Shown piece by piece: positions 27,364-39,716 of a DNA stretch of 57,248 nucleotides (position 1 is the first letter of the stretch; the number at the start of each line of letters is the position of its first letter). The stretch lies in sequence record DRR378314_1411. One strand, given 5' to 3'. Made by a program: the position numbers and the translations under genes. Below the pieces are notes generated by a model. The model was not told the DNA's origin, did no database searches, and was given only the letters and a program-made list of their open reading frames with translations.

Positions 27364-28230
27364 TTAAATATCACACCGCATAAATCCATCCTTTAGTGCC
27401 GCAATCTTATCCTCCCATGTAACGATAAATTCTTGGGCCACGTAGCCTTTGAATCCAGTCTCGTGAATGGCCTTGATGATGGCAGGGTAGTAGAGTTCCT
27501 GTGTTTCATCAATCTCATGCCTACCGGGAACGCCTGCTGTGTGGTAATGCCCAAAATAGGGATGATAATTTTGAATACTTCGGATAATGTCGCCTTCTTG
27601 GATTTGCATGTGGTAGATATCGAACAACAATTTAAAATTGTCACTGCCCAAATGCTTGCACAGTTCCACGCCCCATAAAGAGTTATCGCACATATAATCC
27701 GGATGGTTCACTTGGTTAAAAAGCTCCATTTGGATGACAACACCGTGCTCTTCCGCCAAGGGCATAATTTGGGAAAGTCCGTCCACGCAGTTTTGCAGTC
27801 CCACATAATCGTTCATCCCATCACGGTTGCCACTAAAACAAATCAGGTTGGTATACCCGGCCTCAGCAACTTTCGGAATGATTTCCGTGTAGTTTTTTAT
27901 GAGCTGCTCGTGGTATTTCGGATTGTTCCAGCCTTTGTCCAGACCAATTTCGGCTCCATTGCACATAGAGCAATGTATGTCGTACTTCTTTAATATGGGC
28001 CATCTATCGGGACCTACGAGGTCAATGGCCTTGACACCCAGTTTGTTCAGGGTCTTTAAAAAATCTTCCAGTGGGATATCGTTGAAACACCATTCGCATA
28101 CACTATGGTTGATGTTGCCCTTCAGTTTGAATTCTTTGGTTGGCCCAGGGCTGTTTGAAGCCAGGGCAGAGGTCGAGGCCAGTCCTGCAGACCCAACGGC
28201 AGCAGTGGCTATAAAATTTCTACGTTTCAT
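27364..28230 (-). CDS. Hydroxypyruvate isomerase-like (xylose-isomerase TIM barrel) protein with Tat signal
   Basis: MKRRNFI twin-arginine; LLFDIYHMQIQEGD, HYHTAGVPGRHEID and VAQEF. Confidence 0.88.
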   Translation of the reverse strand: MKRRNFIATAAVGSAGLASTSALASNSPGPTKEFKLKGNINHSVCEWCFNDIPLEDFLKTLNKLGVKAIDLVGPDRWPILKKYDIHCSMCNGAEIGLDKGWNNPKYHEQLIKNYTEIIPKVAEAGYTNLICFSGNRDGMNDYVGLQNCVDGLSQIMPLAEEHGVVIQMELFNQVNHPDYMCDNSLWGVELCKHLGSDNFKLLFDIYHMQIQEGDIIRSIQNYHPYFGHYHTAGVPGRHEIDETQELYYPAIIKAIHETGFKGYVAQEFIVTWEDKIAALKDGFMRCDI

Positions 28231-28273
28231 TTTACGGATTTGTTCTGGGAAAGATAGTATTTTAGACCTAGAT

Positions 28274-30200
<1,927 letters not shown>

Positions 30201-30266
30201 AACGCGGTTTTGGGCATATATTTGCCACCTGAAATACCAATAAAATATTTCTACTAAATAGGATTC

Positions 30267-32135
30267 ATGGAAGAAAAGAAGCTGGATATTAAATCCGTTA
30301 TTGGATTTGTACTGATTTTTGGGATACTCATATTTATGTTTTACCAAAATCAGCCCACGCCAGAAGAGTTAGAAGCTCAACAAGCAGAGCAAGCGCAGAT
30401 TGAAGCAGAGGAAGCCAAAGCAGAGGAAGAGGCTGCGCCGGTCCCTGTAAAGGAAACGCCGACCATCAATTTACAGGATTCCACAGCAGTGGCCCAGTAC
30501 AAAAATACGGTGGGTGCCTTTGGATTTACACAAACGGTGGATGCATCAACCATTTTGGAAAATGAAGTACTTCGACTGGAAGTATCCAATAAGGGTGGAC
30601 AAATCGTAGAGGCCAAAATGCAGAATTTTGTGACGCACGATTCTGTACCGGTTTATCTGGTAAAGGAAGGGAATGCCAATTTTGCCCTGAATTTTACCAC
30701 TTCCGACAATCGCGTTCTTAGTACCGCAGACCTTTACTTTGAGCCGTCCCTTACCCAAAGTGGGGATAACCAAGTACTTTCCATGAAGGCCAAAGTGGCC
30801 AACAACCAATTTTTGGAGTATCGTTACGAAATGAAGCCAAACGACTATTTGGTTGATTTTACAGTACGCTCCCAAGGTTTGAGCGGAGTTTTCAATACCA
30901 GTAAGCCCGTTACCTTGGAGTGGGATTTAAAAGGATTGCGCCACGACAAAAGCGTGCAGTACGAAAATAGATATACCCGCTTAACGTACAATCACGACGA
31001 AGGTAGCATTAGCAAACTTTCGGAAAGCAGCGATTTTGACGAAGAAACCGAGGTAGATATAAAGTGGCTGTCGTACCGTCAGCACTTTTTCAGTTCTATT
31101 TTGGCAACGGACGATCATTTTAAAACAGCTGATTTAACTTCCACCAACTTGGTCGAGGAAGAGAGCAAGGAACTTCAATTTACAAAAGCATATACCACGA
31201 GGGCTCCATTGGAGCTTCAAGGCGGTGAATTGTCACAAAATATGTATTGGTACTACGGACCTACCGATGTAAAGGTGCTCGATGATTATCAAGATTTGGG
31301 CCTTGCCGATTCCATACCATTTGGATGGGGAATCTTTGGATGGATCAACCGTTACGTGTTTACCCCGTTCTATACGTTCTTGAGTTCGTTCCTGCCCTAT
31401 GGAATAGCCATTGTGATCATGACGATTTTGGTGCGATTGGCCCTTTCTCCGGTGACTTACAAATCGTATTTGTCCCAAGCAAAGATGAAAGTATTGAAAC
31501 CAGAGATTTCGGAAATCAGTGAAAAGTATAAGGACAATGCCATGAAAAAGCAACAGGAGACGATGAAGGTCTACAATAAGGCAGGGGTAAGCCCCATGAG
31601 CGGTTGTGTGCCCGCCTTGTTGCAGTTGCCCATTTTCTACTCCCTTTTCATGTTTTTCCCGACTTCCTTTGCGTTGCGACAAAAACCGTTTTTATGGGCT
31701 GAGGATTTATCATCTTACGACACTATTTTCGAATTACCGTTTACCATACCATTTTATGGTGATCACGTATCCTTGTTCCCGATTTTAGCATCCGTGGCCA
31801 TATTTTTCTATATGCAGATGACAACAGGACAGAGCATGCAGATGCAACAGCAACCGGGAATGCCGAACATGAAATTTATCATGTACCTATCACCCGTTAT
31901 GATGTTGTTCTTCTTTAACAACTACGCGAGTGGATTGAGTTTGTATTATTTCGTTTCCAACTTGATTACCATTTTTATTATGCTGGCGATTAAGAATTAC
32001 ATTCTGGACGAGGATAAAATCCATGCACAGATACAGGAGAACAAGAAGAAACCTAAAAAAGAAAACAAGTTCCAGCGTAAAATGCGCGAGATGATGGAAC
32101 AGGCCGAAGAGCAAAAGAAATCAGGAAAAAGATAA
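30267..32135 (+). CDS. yidC: Membrane protein insertase
   Basis: N-terminal TM, large periplasmic domain, FGWGIF, SQAKMKVLKPEI, SGCVPALLQLPIF and SGLSLYY; TATATTTG box at 30217-30224. Confidence 0.97.
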   Translation: MEEKKLDIKSVIGFVLIFGILIFMFYQNQPTPEELEAQQAEQAQIEAEEAKAEEEAAPVPVKETPTINLQDSTAVAQYKNTVGAFGFTQTVDASTILENEVLRLEVSNKGGQIVEAKMQNFVTHDSVPVYLVKEGNANFALNFTTSDNRVLSTADLYFEPSLTQSGDNQVLSMKAKVANNQFLEYRYEMKPNDYLVDFTVRSQGLSGVFNTSKPVTLEWDLKGLRHDKSVQYENRYTRLTYNHDEGSISKLSESSDFDEETEVDIKWLSYRQHFFSSILATDDHFKTADLTSTNLVEEESKELQFTKAYTTRAPLELQGGELSQNMYWYYGPTDVKVLDDYQDLGLADSIPFGWGIFGWINRYVFTPFYTFLSSFLPYGIAIVIMTILVRLALSPVTYKSYLSQAKMKVLKPEISEISEKYKDNAMKKQQETMKVYNKAGVSPMSGCVPALLQLPIFYSLFMFFPTSFALRQKPFLWAEDLSSYDTIFELPFTIPFYGDHVSLFPILASVAIFFYMQMTTGQSMQMQQQPGMPNMKFIMYLSPVMMLFFFNNYASGLSLYYFVSNLITIFIMLAIKNYILDEDKIHAQIQENKKKPKKENKFQRKMREMMEQAEEQKKSGKR

Positions 32136-32168
32136 TCCCGAGTTAGAATACTTTTTGGTTCAAATAAA

Positions 32169-32199
32169 AAACTCCCTCAAGATTTTCTTGGGGGAGTTT
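32169..32199 (+). terminator. Hairpin terminator after yidC
   Basis: AAACTCCCTCAAGA-TTT-TCTTGGGGGAGTTT. Confidence 0.75.
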
Positions 32200-32349
32200 C
32201 CATTTATAGGTATAGTTTGGAAAGATTTGGGACTCCAAAGATGCGGTAATACCTACATTCAAAAAATAAAAAGTTGTCAAACAGCTTGTTTTTGTGGGCA
32301 GACAATCCGTTTTTGATGTGTCATCGATGAACGGTAAATCCTATGGATA

Positions 32350-32383
32350 AAAAGCCCCCTCAACTAAAGTTGAGGGGGCTTTT
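32350..32383 (-). terminator. Intrinsic terminator of the fasciclin gene
   Basis: AAAAGCCCCCTCAACT-AA-AGTTGAGGGGGCTTTT. Confidence 0.85.
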
Positions 32384-32416
32384 CCATGCACTTTATCTAT
32401 GATAAAAAATCAAAAC

Positions 32417-34288
32417 TTAGTTCATTGTATCCGGTAGCAATACGGTATCCACAACATGAATCACACCATTTATCGCTTGAACATCAGCGGCACTGATTCC
32501 AATGCCCGTGTTTCCAGCGCCATCAGTGATATCGGCAATATTTTCACCAGTTCCCGGTAGGGTAAAGGTCAGGTCATCACCTTCCAAAGTGGTTGCAGTG
32601 GCACCATCCATCAAGTCACCGGAGCGTACATTGGCTCCTGCCACTACATGGTGCTGCAATATTGGAATCAAGTCAGCTTCTTCAGGAATACTGGCCAAGG
32701 CATCAAATGCTGCGTTGGTAGGAGCGAACACGGTGAATGGGTCACTACCCGCACCATCTTGCGCTGATAATACGCTTACAAAATCCGTACTTGGCGTCAA
32801 CTCTGTCAATGCAGTTACCAAAGTAGAGAAGTTAGGGTCAGCAGCGGCAAAAGTTACCACTGTTGGCAAATCGATTACAGCATCTACGGTGTGTATAACT
32901 CCATTGCTCGCTACGATATCTGCCATTGCCACGTTACTGGTACCATTAAGGGTCACACCATCATCCGTATTAATGTATAGGCTTAAATTCTCGTCAGTAG
33001 CATATTCAGCAGCCGTGTTCACATAAGAATTTGTCAAATCTGCAGAGAACGCAGCAGCTCCCACAATCACGTGATTGGAAAGGATTGCATTTAAATCATT
33101 GGAATTTGGATTGGTAAATGCACTAAAGGCATCGTTTCCAGGAGCGAATACGGTAAACGTTTCTTCTTCGTTGGATAGTAAATCGGTAAAGGTCGTATTT
33201 CCGCCATCGGTCAAAGCGCCTACCAAAGAGGAAAGTCCTGGATTGGCAACCGCGTGGTCCACAATATTTGGAATATCTATTACGGCATCAACTACGTGCA
33301 CAATTCCATTGATTGCTTTTACATCTGCCGTTACGACTGATGAAGCACCATTGAAAGTTACACCGTCGGTGGTATCAAAAAACAAACTTACGTTTTGCTC
33401 ACCAGCTCCAGTTGCCAATGTACTTGTGTAGCCAGAACCAAGTCCTGTAAGATCTGTTGAAGTAACCTCACCACTAATTACGTGATTAAGCAATACGTTG
33501 GTCAAAACATCAACAGGCACGTCTTCTAGAGCAGCACCGTCAAGAAAAGTTTCAAATGCTTCGTCGGTTGGAGCCAATACGGTAAAAGGTCCATCTCCGC
33601 GCAATACGGTTGGAAGGTCTCCATCGGCTGCGGTAAGAGCGGCAACCAAATTTTGAAGGTTTTCATTGCCAATAGCCAAGTCTGTAATCGGCACTAAGAG
33701 AATGTCCGCTAGTTCGTCCAGAACAGCTTGTGGCAACAATACCTTATCTATGATATGCACTACACCGTTGGAGACTTCAATATCAGCAGTTGTAACCTCC
33801 GCATCCACGTCGGTTGCATCTTGGATAAATACGCCCCCTTGGGTAGAAACTTGCAAAGTGGAACCTTGTAAGGTTGTTAGGCTCATGCCATCGCTCAAAT
33901 CGGTTGAAAGCGCAGCATCTCCCACCACGTGATAAGTTAAAATCACAGCTAGTAAATCTTGTAATTGTTCGGAATTAAAATCATCCAAAGAATCAAAACC
34001 GTCCAGTTGTGCAAGTAAATCGGTGAATGCTTGATTGGTTGGAGCAAATACCGTAAATGGGCCTTCACCACTAAGTGCGGTAATCAAATCATTGTTGGCG
34101 CTTTCATCGGCTTTTTGAAGCGCTGCTACTAAAGAGCTCAGTTCGCTGGTGGCTTGCGCAGCTTCAACAATGTTATCTCCTTCTTCTGGGGGTGGAGGAG
34201 TAGATCCGTTGTCGTCATCGGAACACGATGTGAATCCGATGAATAAAAATAAAAAGGTAAGTCGGGTTAAATGTTTTAATGCTTTCAT
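32417..34288 (-). CDS. Fasciclin (FAS1) domain lipoprotein, four repeats
   Basis: Lipobox FTSC followed by SDDD; four FTV(F/L)AP ... NG(V/I)(V/I)H..D.V repeats. Confidence 0.95.
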   Translation of the reverse strand: MKALKHLTRLTFLFLFIGFTSCSDDDNGSTPPPPEEGDNIVEAAQATSELSSLVAALQKADESANNDLITALSGEGPFTVFAPTNQAFTDLLAQLDGFDSLDDFNSEQLQDLLAVILTYHVVGDAALSTDLSDGMSLTTLQGSTLQVSTQGGVFIQDATDVDAEVTTADIEVSNGVVHIIDKVLLPQAVLDELADILLVPITDLAIGNENLQNLVAALTAADGDLPTVLRGDGPFTVLAPTDEAFETFLDGAALEDVPVDVLTNVLLNHVISGEVTSTDLTGLGSGYTSTLATGAGEQNVSLFFDTTDGVTFNGASSVVTADVKAINGIVHVVDAVIDIPNIVDHAVANPGLSSLVGALTDGGNTTFTDLLSNEEETFTVFAPGNDAFSAFTNPNSNDLNAILSNHVIVGAAAFSADLTNSYVNTAAEYATDENLSLYINTDDGVTLNGTSNVAMADIVASNGVIHTVDAVIDLPTVVTFAAADPNFSTLVTALTELTPSTDFVSVLSAQDGAGSDPFTVFAPTNAAFDALASIPEEADLIPILQHHVVAGANVRSGDLMDGATATTLEGDDLTFTLPGTGENIADITDGAGNTGIGISAADVQAINGVIHVVDTVLLPDTMN

Positions 34289-34489
34289 GTTGTTATAGAT
34301 GTTTGTTTAACGATTTAAAAGTATAATTAAACAAAAGGAATCCAATAGTGTTTAACATTTTAAGCTAAAAATTTAACAAAATAAGAATATTGGAAGCTAG
34401 CGTTAAGACTGCGGCAACATTTCCTTTAAGATATATTTACTATATTAACTAAACACCAATTCGTACTTTTGTATCCTTAAACACAAGTA

Positions 34490-35680
34490 ATGAAAAAGGT
34501 TGTTGTTGGACTTTCGGGAGGGGTGGACTCCAGTGTGACCGCCTATTTGCTCAAAGAGCAGGGCTACGACGTGATAGGTCTGTTCATGAAGAACTGGCAT
34601 GATGACTCTGTGACCATTTCTGAGGAATGTCCGTGGTTGGAGGACAGCAATGATGCTTTGATTGTGGCAGAGAAGTTGGGCATCCCTTTCCAAACGGTGG
34701 ACTTAAGTGCTGAATACAAAGAGCGTATCGTGGATTATATGTTCAATGAGTATGAAAGAGGAAGGACTCCAAATCCAGATGTGCTTTGCAATCGGGAGAT
34801 AAAATTTGATGTGTTTATGAAAATCGCCCTACAACTGGGGGCCGATTACGTAGCAACGGGACATTATTGCAGAAAGGGAACCATCCAAAATGAAGATGGA
34901 ACCGAAACTTATCAGTTATTGGCGGGAAGAGACCCAAACAAAGATCAGTCCTATTTTTTGTGTCAACTTTCCCAAGAGCAATTGTCCAAAACATTGTTTC
35001 CCATTGGAGAGTTGCTAAAACCAGAGGTAAGAAAAATAGCTGCGGACAATAATTTGATCACGGCGGATAAAAAGGATTCTCAGGGATTATGCTTCATCGG
35101 CAAGGTGCATCTGCCCGATTTTTTGCAACAAAAATTAAAGCCTAAAAAAGGGGTGATTGTGGAAGTGCCCAACGATGCTTCCCAATTCGCGACTGCAACC
35201 CCAGATTTTCAAAGTGAAAGGGAAAAATTGGTCTTTCAAGCAGAGAAACCCGTTTATTCTGAAAGCGACGGGAAAGTGGTTGGAGAGCATCAAGGCGCAC
35301 ATTATTTTACCATTGGACAGCGAAAAGGACTGAATGTCGGTGGAACCAAAGAGCCCCTGTTCGTAATCAAGACCGATGTGGATAAGAATATCATCTACAC
35401 AGGTCAAGGTAAATCACATCCTGGACTATTGCGAAATACACTTTTTATTAAAGAGGACGAACTCCATTGGGTACGCCCCGATCTGGCTTTGGAAGTGGAT
35501 GAAACTATGGAAGTAATGGCTCGAATTAGATATCGTCAGCCCTTGCAGCCAGCCACTCTCTACAAAGTAGAAAACGGTTTGTACGTGGATTTTAAGGAGA
35601 AACAATCCGCTATTACCGAGGGACAGTTTGCAGCTTGGTATAGTAAGGATGAGCTGATTGGTTCCGGGGTCATTTCGTAG
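34490..35680 (+). CDS. mnmA: tRNA 2-thiouridine(34) synthase
   Basis: [43 protein letters not shown] and [16 protein letters not shown] box at 34464-34471. Confidence 0.97.
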   Translation: MKKVVVGLSGGVDSSVTAYLLKEQGYDVIGLFMKNWHDDSVTISEECPWLEDSNDALIVAEKLGIPFQTVDLSAEYKERIVDYMFNEYERGRTPNPDVLCNREIKFDVFMKIALQLGADYVATGHYCRKGTIQNEDGTETYQLLAGRDPNKDQSYFLCQLSQEQLSKTLFPIGELLKPEVRKIAADNNLITADKKDSQGLCFIGKVHLPDFLQQKLKPKKGVIVEVPNDASQFATATPDFQSEREKLVFQAEKPVYSESDGKVVGEHQGAHYFTIGQRKGLNVGGTKEPLFVIKTDVDKNIIYTGQGKSHPGLLRNTLFIKEDELHWVRPDLALEVDETMEVMARIRYRQPLQPATLYKVENGLYVDFKEKQSAITEGQFAAWYSKDELIGSGVIS

Positions 35681-35728
35681 TCAGCTTCTTTATTTTGATT
35701 ATTTTGGTGGAAACTGAACAAAATTTTC

Positions 35729-36670
35729 ATGCAAAATAGAATCACACAACTTTTCGGAATAGAATATCCCATTATCCAAGCGGGAATGGTCTGGGCCAGT
35801 GGTTGGCGCTTGGCCTCAGCGGTTTCAAACGCAGGTGGGCTGGGCTTGTTGGGAGCGGGCAGTATGTATCCAGAGGTGTTGGAGGAGCACATCATCAAAT
35901 GCAAAAAAGCTACGGACAAACCATTTGGCGTCAATGTTCCCATGCTGTACCCTGACATTGAAAAATTGATGGGCATTATCGTAGAACAAGGGGTAAAGAT
36001 TGTGTTCACTTCTGCGGGAAATCCCAAAACTTGGACCCAATTTCTTCAAGAGAAAGGCATCATCGTTGTTCATGTAGTCAGCAGTGTAAAATTTGCGCTG
36101 AAAGCTCAAGAAGCAGGTGTAGATGCCATCGTGGCCGAAGGTTTTGAAGCGGGTGGACATAATGGTAGAGATGAAACAACTACCATGGTGCTGATACCAT
36201 CCGTAAAAGAAAAAATAAGTGTTCCTCTAATTGCTGCTGGAGGCATTGCCACGGGAAGAGCCATGTTGGCTGCGATGGTTCTCGGAGCGGACGGAGTTCA
36301 AGTAGGGAGCAGGTTTGTGGCCTCCCCCGAAGCATCATCGCACGAACTTTTTAAAAAACGGGTAGTGGATGCCCAAGAAGGTGATACCCAGCTCACTTTG
36401 AAAGAGTTGGCGCCTGTGCGATTGCTCAAAAACAAATTTTTTCAGGATGTGCAGCAAGCCTATGCCAACGGTGCCACTAAAGAAGAGTTGAAGGAACTAT
36501 TGGGTAGGGCCAGGGCCAAAAAGGGAATGTTCGAAGGTGACATGGTAGAGGGAGAACTGGAAATAGGCCAAGTTTCCGGGTTGATTCACAACATAAAACC
36601 TGCCGCAGCAATTGTAGAAGAGTTTATGGCTGAATTCCAGCAAGCAAAAGCGGAAATACAGGAGTATTGA
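35729..36670 (+). CDS. Nitronate monooxygenase / FabK-like flavin oxidoreductase
   Basis: YPIIQAGM, AVSNAGGLG, EGFEAGGH, IAAGGI and GVQVGSRF. Confidence 0.9.
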   Translation: MQNRITQLFGIEYPIIQAGMVWASGWRLASAVSNAGGLGLLGAGSMYPEVLEEHIIKCKKATDKPFGVNVPMLYPDIEKLMGIIVEQGVKIVFTSAGNPKTWTQFLQEKGIIVVHVVSSVKFALKAQEAGVDAIVAEGFEAGGHNGRDETTTMVLIPSVKEKISVPLIAAGGIATGRAMLAAMVLGADGVQVGSRFVASPEASSHELFKKRVVDAQEGDTQLTLKELAPVRLLKNKFFQDVQQAYANGATKEELKELLGRARAKKGMFEGDMVEGELEIGQVSGLIHNIKPAAAIVEEFMAEFQQAKAEIQEY

Positions 36671-36719
36671 GACATTACTCTAAAATTTAGGCAAACTTTT
36701 AATACTTTTACGCAGCGCA

Positions 36720-37193
36720 ATGAGAACACTAATCCCCACACTACTCTTTTTTGTGCTCGCCTCCCAGTGCCATGGGCAAGTGGAGCGGGACAAAGCACTG
36801 CATTTTTTGGGCGGTAGCCTTTTTGGTCTTGCAGGAGCCGGAATAGCCAAACAAGCCTCAGAAGGGAATCGTATTTGGACTTTTGTAGGGTCTGTTGCGG
36901 GCAGTACCCTTATCGGATTGGCTAAAGAAACCGTGGATGCCGGACAACGAGACAATGGTTGGGACAATGATGATCTTGTAGCAACGATTCTTGGGGGAAT
37001 CACCGTAGGGGTTACCATAGATCTTTTTTCCAAAAAGGATGATCGAGGCAGGTTACGCGGCCGATATTCCCATTTACTTATAAAGCAAGATAGGAAACTT
37101 CTTATGCCAAAATATGAGTTTGTTTTACTCGACAACAAGCCCCCTTCATTAAACACTTTGGGAATTTCCAATCAACAGCTTACGGTAAAATAA
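36720..37193 (+). CDS. Hypothetical exported/membrane protein (YfiM-like DKxxH / KExxD motifs)
   Basis: Signal-like N-terminus; DKALHF, GLAKETVD and WDNDDLVATILGG. Confidence 0.65.
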   Translation: MRTLIPTLLFFVLASQCHGQVERDKALHFLGGSLFGLAGAGIAKQASEGNRIWTFVGSVAGSTLIGLAKETVDAGQRDNGWDNDDLVATILGGITVGVTIDLFSKKDDRGRLRGRYSHLLIKQDRKLLMPKYEFVLLDNKPPSLNTLGISNQQLTVK

Positions 37194-37245
37194 ATTGATA
37201 CTTGCTTTCACTTTTATGGAGTCGAGAATTGTTTTGACCGAAATC

Positions 37246-37365
37246 CGTCATTTCGAGTTATTTTTTAAGTGAAAACTATAAAAATTGTATCGAGACCTAG
37301 GATTGCAAAGACAAAATGATATAGTTCTCGATACTTTTTCATAAATGAAAAAACTCGAACTGACG
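37246..37365. repeat. REP/REPIN-like cruciform element, copy 1
   Basis: Outer IR CGTCATTTCGAGTT / AACTCGAACTGACG; inner IR GTATCGAGACCTA / TAGTTCTCGATAC; an AT-rich hairpin in each arm. Confidence 0.75.
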
Positions 37366-37398
37366 ATATTTGCGTTTAAATCAAAAATACAAGAGGCA

Positions 37399-38730
37399 TT
37401 AAATAATCCCCCTCGCTTTTATCTCTAAATATTTATTGATGGTGTTCACCGTCAATTCCTCGGGTTTCGTCAAAATGGTATGGATACCGTATTTCTGAAG
37501 TTCTTTCTGCATCAACCGCTTTTCTAAAGAAAATTTCTCTGCGATGGTTTTATGGTAGATGGCTTGCAGGTCTTCCGCGTCTTCGGCAATCAGGGATTCC
37601 AACTCCGTATTTTCAAAGAAAATAACCACCAACATATGCTTTTTGGCCATGGCCAATATATAGGGCAATTGTCTTTTTAGCCCTGATATGTGTTCAAAAT
37701 TAGTGTAAAGCAGTAAAAGGCTACGTTGATTGATCTTGCGTTTTACCTGGGCATATAACAGTCCAAAATCGGAATCCGAATAATTCGTGGCAACTTTATA
37801 AAGGTTCTCCATTATGGTATTCAAGTGTGTGAGTTTTTGCACAGCGGGCACGAAGGTTTCAATCTTTTTGGAGAATGTGAGCAATCCTGTTTTATCGTTT
37901 CGTTTGAGGGCTACATTGGAAAAGGCCAAGGTTGAATTAATAGCATAATCGAGTAGGCTCAAACCATTGAATGGCATTTTCATGACCCTACCCGTATCTA
38001 TGAGAGAATAAATGGGCTGAGATCTTTCATCTTGGTACTGGTTCACCATCAACTGATTCTTTTTGGCAGTTGCTTTCCAATTTATGGTCCGGACATCATC
38101 ACCCTTTATGTATTCCTTGATTTGTTCAAACTCCTGGGTGTGGCCAATCCGCCGTATTTTTTTTAACCCGAACTCGGTCAAACGATTGCTGGTGGCCAAA
38201 AAATCGTATTGCTGCATTTGTATAATGGAAGGATACACCGGCACCATTTGATCCTTTTGGAACAGATACTTTCTTTTGATGATGCGCAGGGGAGAGGAAG
38301 CAAAAACAATCAAGTTTCCAAATATATATTCGCCACGTTCTACTGGCCGCACCGAATATTCAAAATAATGGGGTTCTCCTTTTTGCAATTTGGCCTTATG
38401 TTCAAAATTCCTTTTTTGGAACTGAACGGGCAATTCATCAATAATGGATACTTCCGCTTTAAAAGGGTATTTGGAATTTAGATGAACCGATAAAATATTT
38501 TGGTCGCTGTTTGATAATTTCCGCGGTAGATTTCGATGTGCTTTGATGGCGTTTTGAGTAGCGTACAAAAAATACAGGTCCAAGAAGAAGAATGCCATTA
38601 AAAGGAATACCAATAACCAAGCAATAGGATAAAGGATGGGGATCCAATACGAAATTATAAAGCATGCCGATAGGAGGGCGATATACCGAAAGAAAATATT
38701 ATGTATGTAGAGCGACCGAAGAAATGCCAT
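37399..38730 (-). CDS. DUF58 domain protein (vWA-like MoxR partner)
   Basis: EFEQIKEYIKGDDVRTINWKATA and IDTGRVM; N-terminal TM pair. Confidence 0.92.
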   Translation of the reverse strand: MAFLRSLYIHNIFFRYIALLSACFIISYWIPILYPIAWLLVFLLMAFFFLDLYFLYATQNAIKAHRNLPRKLSNSDQNILSVHLNSKYPFKAEVSIIDELPVQFQKRNFEHKAKLQKGEPHYFEYSVRPVERGEYIFGNLIVFASSPLRIIKRKYLFQKDQMVPVYPSIIQMQQYDFLATSNRLTEFGLKKIRRIGHTQEFEQIKEYIKGDDVRTINWKATAKKNQLMVNQYQDERSQPIYSLIDTGRVMKMPFNGLSLLDYAINSTLAFSNVALKRNDKTGLLTFSKKIETFVPAVQKLTHLNTIMENLYKVATNYSDSDFGLLYAQVKRKINQRSLLLLYTNFEHISGLKRQLPYILAMAKKHMLVVIFFENTELESLIAEDAEDLQAIYHKTIAEKFSLEKRLMQKELQKYGIHTILTKPEELTVNTINKYLEIKARGII

Positions 38731-38732
38731 GC

Positions 38733-39716
38733 TTATCGTGGAATTTCAACGGACTCCATAATCATGGAGACTACATTTTCGGTGGTCATGCCTTCCATTT
38801 CGCGTTCTGGAGTCAGGATTACCCTGTGGTTCAATACGGGTACTAAAGCTTTTTTCACATCTTCAGGGGTAACAAAATCCCGCCCAGAAATCGCTGCAAA
38901 AGCTTTCGCCGCAGTTAAGGTAGCGATAGAGGCCCGAGGAGAAGCTCCCAAATACAGGTGCGGGTGGTTCCTTGTTTGTGTGATAATATTGGCGATGTAG
39001 TCCAATATTTTTTGCTCGACCACCACTTCGTGAATATTCTTTTTGAACTCCAATAGTTTTTTAGGGGTAAGCACCGCTTTTATTTGGTCTTGTGGTTTTT
39101 CACCCTTTCGCTCGTGGTGGTTTTGCAGAATTATTATTTCTTCCTCAACAGAAGGGTAATCCACTTTAATTTTGAAAAGGAAACGGTCCAATTGAGCTTC
39201 GGGCAGCGCATAGGTGCCTTCTTGTTCAATGGGGTTTTGGGTTGCCAAAACCATGAATGGTTGCCCCATTTTATAGGTGGTGCCGTCCACGGTGGCTTGC
39301 CGTTCCTCCATGGTTTCAAAAAGTGCTGCCTGGGTTTTGGCAGGAGCACGGTTGATTTCATCAATCAGAATAATACTTGAAAAGATGGGTCCTTTTTTAA
39401 ACTCGAATTCCGTTGTCTTAGTATTGAATACAGATGTTCCCAGAATATCACTCGGCATTAAATCCGGCGTAAATTGAATACGGCTGAATTCTGTTTTTAG
39501 TGTTTTCGCAAAGAGTTTGGCAGTTACCGTTTTTGCAATGCCGGGAACCCCTTCGATCAAAGCATGTCCATCTGCTAGAATTGAAATGATCAGAAGTTCT
39601 ATAAAGTCTTTTTGCCCTACGATTATGGTGGACAATTCTTTTTTTATCTCTTCCACAGTGTTCTTTAGTTCTTGCAAGGGGACTCTGCTGTTAAAATTCA
39701 GGTCGTTATTTTCCAT
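38733..39716 (-). CDS. MoxR family AAA+ ATPase
   Basis: EGVPGIAKT, RIQFTPDLMPSD, DEINRAPAKTQAAL and ATQNPIEQEGTYALPEAQLDRF. Confidence 0.96.
   Translation of the reverse strand: MENNDLNFNSRVPLQELKNTVEEIKKELSTIIVGQKDFIELLIISILADGHALIEGVPGIAKTVTAKLFAKTLKTEFSRIQFTPDLMPSDILGTSVFNTKTTEFEFKKGPIFSSIILIDEINRAPAKTQAALFETMEERQATVDGTTYKMGQPFMVLATQNPIEQEGTYALPEAQLDRFLFKIKVDYPSVEEEIIILQNHHERKGEKPQDQIKAVLTPKKLLEFKKNIHEVVVEQKILDYIANIITQTRNHPHLYLGASPRASIATLTAAKAFAAISGRDFVTPEDVKKALVPVLNHRVILTPEREMEGMTTENVVSMIMESVEIPR

Noticed and set aside
27899-28273. N-terminal 125 aa of track ORF 27899-28516
   Set aside because: Antisense shadow of the Hyi-like gene; only the DUF3820 part from 28274 is credible
32200-32349. 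150-bp spacer between two terminators as a possible sRNA or gene relic
   Set aside because: I found no clear promoter, ORF, stable structure or repeat match
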